Below, one piece after another: positions 56,241 through 64,000 of a stretch of 64,000 nucleotides of DNA; the first letter of the stretch is position 1; every line of letters begins with the position of its first letter. Where the stretch lies: positions 1-64,000 of IMG/VR virus record IMGVR_UViG_2919361683_000002. One strand, written 5' to 3'. Both the position numbers and the translations under genes were made by a program. This DNA is from a virus. The notes beneath the pieces are model-generated. The model was not told the DNA's origin, searched no databases, and saw only the letters and a program-made list of their open reading frames with translations.

Positions 56241-58822
56241 ATACTTCTTTGTTTTCTCTTTTTTTCACGCTCTTTTTCTTTTCGTACGATTTTGAAGCAG
56301 TCGCCACAATAAATCTGACGCTGTTTTGTTATAGTGTACTTAGCTTTACATCTATCGCATGTTCCTAACTTATTGAGATTCCTTAATAAATTATCCAGAA
56401 TAATGTCGCCAAATGATGACCACAAAGTTGTTTTAAAATTGCTTTTTTTGTTGTTATACAAGTACTCAATTAACACATCAACAATTTCGTTGCTGCTTTT
56501 TTTGCTACTTGAAAATATACTTTCTCTTATGGATGTATAATGATACAATTCGTCATTTGACTTGGTGTTTCCATCATTAGAAAACATAAATTTCTTATTC
56601 TTGTCTAATCTTTTGTAAGCTTCAATTATATTCTCATCGAGCAGTACGGGCTTTTCAGGATCGCTCAGCAAAAGGTTATAGTTGAATTCACCAGATCCAA
56701 TATTGCTAAAACTAATTCTAGGATTTGGTATAATGGTTGACAGACGATTCATTGCACTTTTATTTGAAAGCTCAACCTTTTTCTCATCTTTGTCTTTTGC
56801 ATACATAAAAAAATAAGGAGCTTTTGATTTAGTATGCTTTAGTATGTTTTTCTTTATATGTTCTGGACGTTCTGGTTTGTACAGTGTTTTTGCATAGTCG
56901 ATTGTAAAGTTGTTTTCCATACATAAAATCTTGATAACATTTAGATCGATATTGTCACTATTCCAAATCTTCGTTATATCATTGCTAATGATTCCGATGT
57001 TACCCCCCGTATATGCAGCGTTCAGTCCATTGAATATACTCCTGCTATTAACAAGTTCCGCTCCTGCTTTAGCCATCTCATAATAAAGAGGGTATACACC
57101 TTGCATGTTCCTCTTTGCAACATCGACTATTGTTTTGTCGCAACAGACTAGGGCTTTGTCCCCATCGTTGTCAAACATAAGTATTTTACTGATAGGATCA
57201 TGAATGCTGGTATATAAACTCTTAGTTACAAACCATCGCTTCATCTCTTTATTCTTGGAGTTCTTTCTAACAGCGTGTTCCCTATACAGATGAGGACTTC
57301 TAAGACAATCTAGTTCAACAGCATTATCAAATAAATCACAAAACACTTCTGTATTATTTAATAATAAGCCTTGAGGTTGATTGATTCCCAAGAAAAGATA
57401 CTCACAAAATGCATATAGATCAGGGCTTATAAATGTATACTTACCCTCCACATCGATTTTTCCAGCCTTGGCATGTTTGATTAAACTTTTTTTCACTTGC
57501 TTAATTGTTTCTTTGCTATAAGTATCGTTAAGAAGCTCTGGATAAACTTCCAATGCTTTCTGGAAGTGATTTTTGTTTTTGTTGTATCTGGTGACACCTA
57601 AAATTTTTAGCATTGTGTCTTTGTCTGATCCAATTCTGCGAATGTCTTGTACGGTTTCAGAGCTGATTGTTTTTAGTTCCTCATTTGTCATGTCGGTTAA
57701 AGTTTGCAACATTTGATAATTTAATTTGGCGTTTCCGACTACATCTTCTTCTTCATTGCACTTTCCTGCCTGACAATTATACTTTAAATATTTATTTATG
57801 TATTCTGACCAAGAGCTATAGTATTTCCACATTTTAAACTGACTCTTCGTAAAAATGACTTCTATTTCTTCTTTTAATATATCATGCTCTTTACCATAGA
57901 TGTCTTTGACGACTCCATATTTACTGTAGCCCACTTGTTTGTTCTTTTCTCTTAAAAATTTATCAAAAGGGAAGGGGACTAATAACCCTTTGACCCAAGG
58001 TAGGCGAATCATCATTGCCTTTTTACTTTTACGAGGTAAAATCATTCCACAACCATCTGTGTGTTCAATGGGAACATCCATAACTTTACGTTCAATTTCA
58101 TATGTTTTATCTGAAATAAAGTCAACGGTAGTTTTTAGAGTTGTTGTCATATCATCTACGACAATAGACTTTTTAATATCAAAATCGTACCATTGTTCCG
58201 TTGCGCTATTACAGAGAGCTAAGTATGCCAGATACTTGTTAATGTTTACGCCACCAAGCTCATTAATCTTTTCGATGGTTAATCCACACATTAGTGTTCG
58301 CTGGTGAACTTTAAAAACCGATTCTTTAATGAATACAGTTTTCTTTGTTCTAATTTGCCCAGCACTTGCAGTAAAGCAAACATACTTCTCACTGTTGTAA
58401 AGAAAACCATTAACAATGATATCTTTTAGAACATCGAAAAAGTATGTTTGTACTATGATGATGTCTCTACATAAGCTGCCTTGCTCGATCTTTAAAACTC
58501 TTGTCAGTGATGAATCAAATACAGATACTATATTCTTCAAATTATTGGTATCAACTTCGCTCGAACGAAGAGTTCTTATGGTGCTATTGGACTTAAATAG
58601 GGCGTATAACTTTTCTTTGTACTTTTTTATTCGTTTGTTTGTGTGCTTTAAATATTGATCAATCTTATCACTTCTTGATCTGTCATTTGATTTGTCATTT
58701 TTAATTTCTTTTAAGCTAGCTCTAAATCTGTAGTTTCTTTTTTGTCTTCTATGTATTTTCATTTCTTCTTCATTATAAAACGCGCTAGTATCGACACTAA
58801 ATACATGAACTTGTTTATTCAA
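56225..58822 (-). CDS. yonO: single-subunit DNA-dependent RNA polymerase, YonO family
   Basis: ASAGQIRTKK, HTDGCG, RLPWVKG, LRSPHLY.EH and catalytic MFDNDGD (DxDGD). Sits at the head of the late operon. Confidence 0.92.
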   Translation of the reverse strand: MNKQVHVFSVDTSAFYNEEEMKIHRRQKRNYRFRASLKEIKNDKSNDRSRSDKIDQYLKHTNKRIKKYKEKLYALFKSNSTIRTLRSSEVDTNNLKNIVSVFDSSLTRVLKIEQGSLCRDIIIVQTYFFDVLKDIIVNGFLYNSEKYVCFTASAGQIRTKKTVFIKESVFKVHQRTLMCGLTIEKINELGGVNINKYLAYLALCNSATEQWYDFDIKKSIVVDDMTTTLKTTVDFISDKTYEIERKVMDVPIEHTDGCGMILPRKSKKAMMIRLPWVKGLLVPFPFDKFLREKNKQVGYSKYGVVKDIYGKEHDILKEEIEVIFTKSQFKMWKYYSSWSEYINKYLKYNCQAGKCNEEEDVVGNAKLNYQMLQTLTDMTNEELKTISSETVQDIRRIGSDKDTMLKILGVTRYNKNKNHFQKALEVYPELLNDTYSKETIKQVKKSLIKHAKAGKIDVEGKYTFISPDLYAFCEYLFLGINQPQGLLLNNTEVFCDLFDNAVELDCLRSPHLYREHAVRKNSKNKEMKRWFVTKSLYTSIHDPISKILMFDNDGDKALVCCDKTIVDVAKRNMQGVYPLYYEMAKAGAELVNSRSIFNGLNAAYTGGNIGIISNDITKIWNSDNIDLNVIKILCMENNFTIDYAKTLYKPERPEHIKKNILKHTKSKAPYFFMYAKDKDEKKVELSNKSAMNRLSTIIPNPRISFSNIGSGEFNYNLLLSDPEKPVLLDENIIEAYKRLDKNKKFMFSNDGNTKSNDELYHYTSIRESIFSSSKKSSNEIVDVLIEYLYNNKKSNFKTTLWSSFGDIILDNLLRNLNKLGTCDRCKAKYTITKQRQIYCGDCFKIVRKEKEREKKRKQRSIKLSP

Positions 58823-58827
58823 ATTTA

Positions 58828-59820
58828 TCAGAACTCTCTCCTTTGTGAAAGATAGCTACCTAAAATGGTTTCAATATACTTGTAATACCATTCGTAATCA
58901 ACAAATTCTTTTCTTTTGTTGTAGTATTTAATTCTATTTATATCAATCTTTTTGCCAATACAATAATTATCTTTTAAAACATCTCTTTTTCTTGCGGCTA
59001 TTCTTCTGGGCGATTTATGGTTATAAAGATGTTCCAAATCGTCAATTTCAATAATGGATAAAATCTGCCCGGTTGGTTTGAAAATTACAAAATCAAATTT
59101 AAGAGGTTGTCCATTCTCGCCTTTTAAGTCATCAAAAGAATATTGAATTTTAAAATTGTGATCGTGATTTTTCAAATAATCATAAACTACTTTTTCAGAG
59201 AAAGGGAGATTACAAACTGGACATCCACGACCTTTTTTAATGTTTGTGGGGGTAATGTCCCATTCGTAATTATCAATATTACATTTAACGGAAACTGGGA
59301 GTGTACTTTTTTGATATTTAGAGAGAAGTTGGTAGTTTTTTCTTCTAAGTATTTCTATGATTTCTTCTTCAAAGTTTCCTTTTCTACCAGAACAGTAGGG
59401 GCACCATTGAGACTTACTGAACAAGCAGTCGGCTGTAGTAAAGAAGTTGGGATGACCTGTGATTCCACAATCAATCTCATATGTACTTTTAGCAGTTTTC
59501 CATTTAGGGCTTACTAAACTGCCCCCTTTAGATTCGCAAAGACTTTTAAGTCGTTTTAAAAAGTAAGTATGATCTTTTTTGTTTTTACAACTAACTGTAC
59601 TTTTTAAGTTATTACTACAAGTAGTACAAGGAGAAAAACTTTTTGCTAAAATATTCTTTGCATTTATAGATTTATGTATATCCCCATGCTCGCTACAATG
59701 ATAGATGAATGATATTGGTTCTGTACCGCCGTTATAATCACTTAAAATTCTTACTTTGTCTCCAAATTTGTTATAAACTTTCTTTCGAAATTCTTCTGTG
59801 GTTTGCATCCTAATTCCCAA
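58828..59820 (-). CDS. free-standing Cys-rich PD-(D/E)XK/Vsr-like endonuclease
   Basis: CPYC/CPVC zinc ribbons plus SE...QYSF.DL.....LKFDF...IEIDD.EH...KDNYC. Confidence 0.75.
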   Translation of the reverse strand: MGIRMQTTEEFRKKVYNKFGDKVRILSDYNGGTEPISFIYHCSEHGDIHKSINAKNILAKSFSPCTTCSNNLKSTVSCKNKKDHTYFLKRLKSLCESKGGSLVSPKWKTAKSTYEIDCGITGHPNFFTTADCLFSKSQWCPYCSGRKGNFEEEIIEILRRKNYQLLSKYQKSTLPVSVKCNIDNYEWDITPTNIKKGRGCPVCNLPFSEKVVYDYLKNHDHNFKIQYSFDDLKGENGQPLKFDFVIFKPTGQILSIIEIDDLEHLYNHKSPRRIAARKRDVLKDNYCIGKKIDINRIKYYNKRKEFVDYEWYYKYIETILGSYLSQRREF

Positions 59821-59860
59821 AAACTAGCGTCTCCTTTGAATTATTATTTTCTATGTATTT

Positions 59861-60106
59861 TTAATTATTAGAGTTTACTGTGATATCTTTATTACTATTT
59901 TCTGGTTTGTGAGGCAGTCTGTAGTATTTTTTATGTGCTTCGTTCTTTAGCCAAATTACTTCATCATCAATATATGTATAATCTATTTCTTCAATTTCTG
60001 TCTTCAGTGAAACATCTCTATCATCAAAGTAATCTAGTTCAAAACCATCATAATATCTATCCTCCCAAGTGATAATTGAATGATTTCCTTTTTTCATTTT
60101 TGGCAT
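59861..60106 (-). CDS. hypothetical protein
   Basis: AAGGGG RBS, first gene of the leftward operon. Confidence 0.55.
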   Translation of the reverse strand: MPKMKKGNHSIITWEDRYYDGFELDYFDDRDVSLKTEIEEIDYTYIDDEVIWLKNEAHKKYYRLPHKPENSNKDITVNSNN

Positions 60107-60277
60107 TATGTACTTATTTCCCCTTGTTTATTTATTTTTATTTTCAGAGAAAGTTGGTCTCTGCATTAACAATATATCATCTTCTATCATCACCGTCAAT
60201 ATTACATATAATTTAATTATATTTACTTATTGAAAAGAGAATAGTATAATAGAAACAAGAGAAAGGAGCTGCATAAT

Positions 60278-61327
60278 ATGAGTGCATCGCTAAATAATAA
60301 TTTGGTTGGATTACATACAAAAAGTGTGAATGAAGATATTGAAACTCATTTGAATAGCTTCGAAAGCAGATTTACTTCAAACACTTATAGAAATAGATTG
60401 GTTAAATTCTTTATGTGGTACAGAGGTAAAAATCTAGCTTCATTAAAAGAAGATGACTTGCAGATTAGAAATGCTGATATCCTAAGATATCGTAACTTTT
60501 TGAAAGAATTAAAAGATGAAGATGAAAAGAGATTCTACACAAACACTACAATCAATAATTTCATTGCAGCGATACAAAGCCTTTATACATTTCTCGAAAA
60601 AAATGACTACAATGTAAAAGCAATTGTGACTCAAATAAAGCCATTATCTGATGATTCCGAACAATGCGGTAGACTCTATACTCACGAAGCTGAACAGATG
60701 GCTGTGATTGCCGAAGGGACAGTAAAAGGTATTGAAAAATCAGCATTGATTCGCATGGCATATACAACGAGTTTTCGTAAAGGATCGCTATTAAATCTTC
60801 AATGGACAGATATAATCAAGACTGAATCTCATGATTACTATGAGGTAAATATTATAGGGAAAGGTGGAAAGAAACATGTAATGCCAATCTCTCCAGATCT
60901 ATATGATTATCTACTAAAAATAAAGGAACAACCATACTATAAAAGATACAATGATAATAAAATATTTCATTTAGGTACAAAAACAATTCAAAATATGATG
61001 GATTATTTAAAAAGCGAACTAAAAATACCAAAAGAAAGAAACGTAGTGTTCCATAGTTTTCGAAATGTTGCCAGTATGTATGGAACACTTGAAGAAGCAA
61101 AAGAACACTACAATCATTCTAGTTATAATGTTACGGAACGCTACAGACATAAAGACAATGATTTAAGCAATAGTCTCAGTTTACGTATCGGTAATCAAAT
61201 CGAGGATTCAATATTCGACGAACTGACAAAAGAAGAATTGATTGAGATTATTTTAAATCAGCATGAAGGAGCCGTATTTCAAATGAAAAGAGAAGCCAAA
61301 AAACTAAAAGAAGGGAAGACAGAGTAA
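60278..61327 (+). CDS. tyrosine recombinase (XerC/D-like)
   Basis: SFRK, GKGGK, FHSFR, NHSS and ERY catalytic set. AAAGGAG RBS. Confidence 0.85.
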   Translation: MSASLNNNLVGLHTKSVNEDIETHLNSFESRFTSNTYRNRLVKFFMWYRGKNLASLKEDDLQIRNADILRYRNFLKELKDEDEKRFYTNTTINNFIAAIQSLYTFLEKNDYNVKAIVTQIKPLSDDSEQCGRLYTHEAEQMAVIAEGTVKGIEKSALIRMAYTTSFRKGSLLNLQWTDIIKTESHDYYEVNIIGKGGKKHVMPISPDLYDYLLKIKEQPYYKRYNDNKIFHLGTKTIQNMMDYLKSELKIPKERNVVFHSFRNVASMYGTLEEAKEHYNHSSYNVTERYRHKDNDLSNSLSLRIGNQIEDSIFDELTKEELIEIILNQHEGAVFQMKREAKKLKEGKTE

Positions 61328-61335
61328 AGTCGTGG

Positions 61336-62037
61336 ATGAATAAATCAAATATGGACAAGAATAATAACCCAAAACAAAAGCGAAATAAACAGTCTATCCA
61401 TTTGCCAACTAGTACTGTTAGAGACCCAAACATTAATGCTAATGATTTTTGTTTAATCCTTTATCTTAAGTACTTAACATGGAGAAGCGGAAACAGATAC
61501 GAGTTTGATGTTTCTTTGTCTGAGTTGAAACAGTTTTTAAATATTCAGGACAATAAAACACTCAAGTCTTCTTTTAATAATATTTTTAGAGAAGAGTATA
61601 TAATAAGAGAGATAAAAAAGATTCTCCCCAATAGCCCAATAAGGTTCTTTTTAAATCAGAAGAAGTTTGATACCGACAGTAAATTAGACGAAAAGTTTTT
61701 TACATATCTACCAATCAACATTTTGTACGGAATGAAAGATCGGAAATTGGATAGAAAAGAAGTTCGAATCCTTTATTATATTAAAAGCTATATTAATTAC
61801 TCTGATCCTAAGAAGGAGTATTGCTTCACTGGTATAGAGAAAACAATGGTTAAAGAATTAAATATGGGCAAAAATACGATTCCAAAGTACACTGACATGT
61901 TAGTAAAAAAGAATTTGATTCGAATTGAAAAGAACAAACTTGAAACAAGCTATCAATATGATGAAGAAGGAAATTTGATATTCACAAGATACAACAACCA
62001 TTATTATCTGGATTTTAATAACATTGATAAACTGTAG
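61336..62037 (+). CDS. putative replication initiator (double winged-helix Rep-like)
   Basis: Two wHTH-like repeats (LILYLK...SLSELKQFL; ILYYIK...ELNMGKNTI.KY...L....LI) and NNHY. Iterons lie immediately downstream. Confidence 0.6.
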   Translation: MNKSNMDKNNNPKQKRNKQSIHLPTSTVRDPNINANDFCLILYLKYLTWRSGNRYEFDVSLSELKQFLNIQDNKTLKSSFNNIFREEYIIREIKKILPNSPIRFFLNQKKFDTDSKLDEKFFTYLPINILYGMKDRKLDRKEVRILYYIKSYINYSDPKKEYCFTGIEKTMVKELNMGKNTIPKYTDMLVKKNLIRIEKNKLETSYQYDEEGNLIFTRYNNHYYLDFNNIDKL

Positions 62038-62049
62038 AAATTTATCTAG

Positions 62050-62119
62050 TCCCAATTTATCCAACTATCACTCCCAAAACATCCAACATCTACTCCCAAA
62101 ACATCCAACATCCACTCCC
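62050..62119 (+). repeat. three 22-bp direct repeats (iterons)
   Basis: TCCCAATTTATCCAACTATCAC / TCCCAAAACATCCAACATCTAC / TCCCAAAACATCCAACATCCAC, then TCCC. Confidence 0.85.
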
Positions 62120-62225
62120 TATTCCTCCGGGAGAAATAGGGGACTAGTAATTAAGTTAATAGATAATAGATAATAGATAAGTATATACAGTATTTAGAGA
62201 TGGTTTCGCTACGCTACCCAACTCT
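62050..62225. other. putative replication origin (iterons + AT-rich TAATAGA x3 + TCGCTACGCT hairpin)
   Basis: Iterons, the tandem 7-mer TAATAGA at 62157-62177, and a GAGATGG-TTTCGCTACGCTAC-CCAACTC stem-loop. Confidence 0.6.
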
Positions 62226-63296
62226 TGGATTGTGATTTTTTTTGGTGTTTGGGGGATAATGATATTTCTTGTTGATATATTAGGCTGATTAGCAGTTGAA
62301 AAATTAGTGGAAGTAAAAGTTTGAGGTTAATGTGTTATAGGGAGACAGTGGTGTTTTTAACTTAGACGTTTCAAGACCCAAGTTTAATTTCCCTTTACTC
62401 AAATTGAATATTTATTAAGAAATACATATATGAGATATAGGACATTCAGAGATGGATGTCTTTTTTTGTTGTCTGAGAAGCAGCTCAATCGTGATAGCAA
62501 ATTATCTTGATCGTCAAAACGAAAAAATTGATAAAATTCCAATTAAAATAAAGATTGTGGTGTAAGTCATGTTTTATGTTACAAGTTGAATCGTAAAAGT
62601 AAGGACGTATAAAGAGTTTTTTGATAAATTTTAATTAAAAATAGTAAAAAATAGGGTGGTTACACAATTGTAATATGAACTAAAACATAGATAAAGAAAG
62701 GTGATTTGCGATTGCATTTACGATTGAAACGAGAGGAAAATACGTGTGAATAGTTACAAAATATTAATATATTATAAAGGTGAAAAAATAAGTTGAGTGT
62801 GTGAGTGGAAGTGCTACAGGATATTTTGTGAATTTTAGGTGGTGTCTGGATGTAAACTATCCCCCCGTATCCCTGCATAGATACCATATAAGTATAGTTA
62901 TGTAGTATCTATCATTGAGCATGAAGGGCTGATAGAGTGGTCGAGAATGAGTATGTCAAGTTGAATAAAAATGTAAAAAAATACTAAATAATATGTTTTG
63001 AATTTGAAATTTCTGGTCAGATGATTTGGCAAGATGGGGGAGCTATGACTCGTTGTAATCGCTAGGCAACGCGATTGACAATGTGCTAGACTTAAAACTA
63101 ATACCATTAGTCTATAAACTATCATCATTAATATTATAACTAACTCACATAACATAACATTATAGCTACCTATTCTCACTTTATTAGCCTAATCCAATAA
63201 ACAAAAATAAATAAATTACACAAAAATATATACAAAATAATAGTCTTATGCTATAATAATATATGTAAGGGATACACGCCGAAAGGTGGTGACACC

Positions 63297-63488
63297 ATGC
63301 TAGAATACATACCTTACATTGCTCTAATCATAAACTTTCTCGGTTTTGCGCTTCGAGTTCTCAAATTCATCTTTGATGAAAAACGAGCAAGAAGCAAAGA
63401 GAAAGCAGAACGATTAGACAAGCTTAAAGAAGCTGAAAATGAAAAAGGTACGTTCCCTCCACGAAAGGAAACGCACCAAAAGCGTTAA
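63297..63488 (+). CDS. type I toxin-like membrane peptide (YonT-like)
   Basis: MLE start, one TM helix and a long basic tail. AAAGGTGGTG RBS, upstream TG-TATAAT and an antisense unit over the 3' end. Confidence 0.7.
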   Translation: MLEYIPYIALIINFLGFALRVLKFIFDEKRARSKEKAERLDKLKEAENEKGTFPPRKETHQKR

Positions 63489-63531
63489 AGCTTCTAACTT
63501 CTAGGGGAATCAAATTGGTTCCCTTAGACCC
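63442..63531 (-). ncRNA. putative antisense antitoxin RNA (SR6-like)
   Basis: Minus-strand promoter TTGCCT(63566-61)-17 nt-TATTAT(63543-38) and terminator GGUGCGUUUCCU...AGGGAACGUACC-UUUUU inside the toxin ORF. Confidence 0.65.
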
Positions 63532-63586
63532 AACTACATAATAGCATAATCATTGACTATAGGCAACGAAAGGGAGGGAATTGACT

Positions 63587-63757
63587 ATGAAGCGATTTAT
63601 TAAACGTATACCATCAAATGTATTGTTTATTATCTGTGGCATTGCATCTTTATTTATTGAGTATCCTAATTCAATAAGATTTGTTGCTTGGATATTAGCA
63701 GCTTTAATGATCGCATGGGGTGTATTGGACACAATAAGAGACAAAAATAAAAAGTAA
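63587..63757 (+). CDS. 56-aa two-TM membrane peptide (YoyJ-like position)
   Basis: Translated by hand as MKRFIKRIPSNVLFIICGIASLFIEYPNSIRFVAWILAALMIAWGVLDTIRDKNKK. RBS AGGGAGGG. Confidence 0.7.
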   Translation: MKRFIKRIPSNVLFIICGIASLFIEYPNSIRFVAWILAALMIAWGVLDTIRDKNKK

Positions 63758-63852
63758 TGCACGAGTTTAATGAATCTTACACCAGTATCAAATTACCTTT
63801 CTTATCCGCTTCTTATGGTACAATATAGTTATCACTATTGATAGGATGGGAT

Positions 63853-64000
63853 ATGATGAATGATGATACATTGAAGAACTTAGAAATACCTCCTAAACTA
63901 CAAGAACATTTAAATTTAATGAAAAAGGTTATGGATAGTGATTACTATAAGACCGCATTTGATATGGTTTCTAAGTATGACAATCTAAAGCCTACCATTG
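63853..64000 (+). CDS. hypothetical protein, 3'-truncated by the window edge
   Basis: ATG after AGGATGGG, open to the end of the window. Confidence 0.4.
   Translation, partial: MMNDDTLKNLEIPPKLQEHLNLMKKVMDSDYYKTAFDMVSKYDNLKPTI

Larger units (their letters stand above)
2676..64000. mobile_element. SPbeta-like temperate siphophage/prophage, late region plus part of the adjacent region (boundaries not visible; 1-2675 may also be phage cargo)
   Basis: Gene order YonO-like RNAP, HU, terminase, portal, capsid, tail, tape measure, holin, amidase matches the yonO-yomI-blyA order of SPbeta. No sheath gene is seen. Confidence 0.93.

Noticed and set aside
62050-62119. CRISPR array
   Set aside because: The repeats are contiguous 22-mers with no spacers and no cas genes, which fits iterons.
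62660-63179. ORFs 62660-62887 and 62898-63179 (-)
   Set aside because: Low-complexity hydrophobic translations without an RBS, likely non-coding.
63550-63762. 70-aa ORF on the - strand
   Set aside because: It is the shadow of the RBS-supported + strand ORF 63587-63757.

Overview
This AT-rich window is most of the late (morphogenesis) region of a large SPbeta-like temperate siphophage. The host is most likely a Paenibacillus, inferred from the AloR/AloP-type signalling locus and the Cu-amine-oxidase stalk protein. No att site is visible. Read on the minus strand from right to left, the order is: YonO-type single-subunit RNA polymerase, HU, phosphoesterase, terminase subunits, portal, scaffold/protease, major capsid, head-tail genes, major tail protein, three glycosyltransferases, tail chaperones, a tyrosine recombinase, a 2364-aa tape measure with NlpC/P60 and SLT domains, and a tail spike. 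Next come a ~6.8 kb moron island (RNase H-like protein plus Ser/Thr kinase, ankyrin protein, RHH plus endonuclease, type I TA), a split distal-tail gene, a PAAR-like tip, an array of adhesins sharing one docking module, holin and amidase. The left end carries an RRNPP receptor followed by two tandem signal propeptides. The right end carries a recombinase-Rep-iteron replicon and a yonT/SR6-like type I TA. The best candidates for undescribed biology are the glycosyltransferase trio inside the tail operon (possible virion glycosylation), the RNase H-fold/kinase pair (possible defence system), the plug-in adhesin docking module, the two-peptide quorum-sensing cassette and a tRNA-like structured RNA. 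All family assignments come from motif recognition by eye, and no database searches were run.
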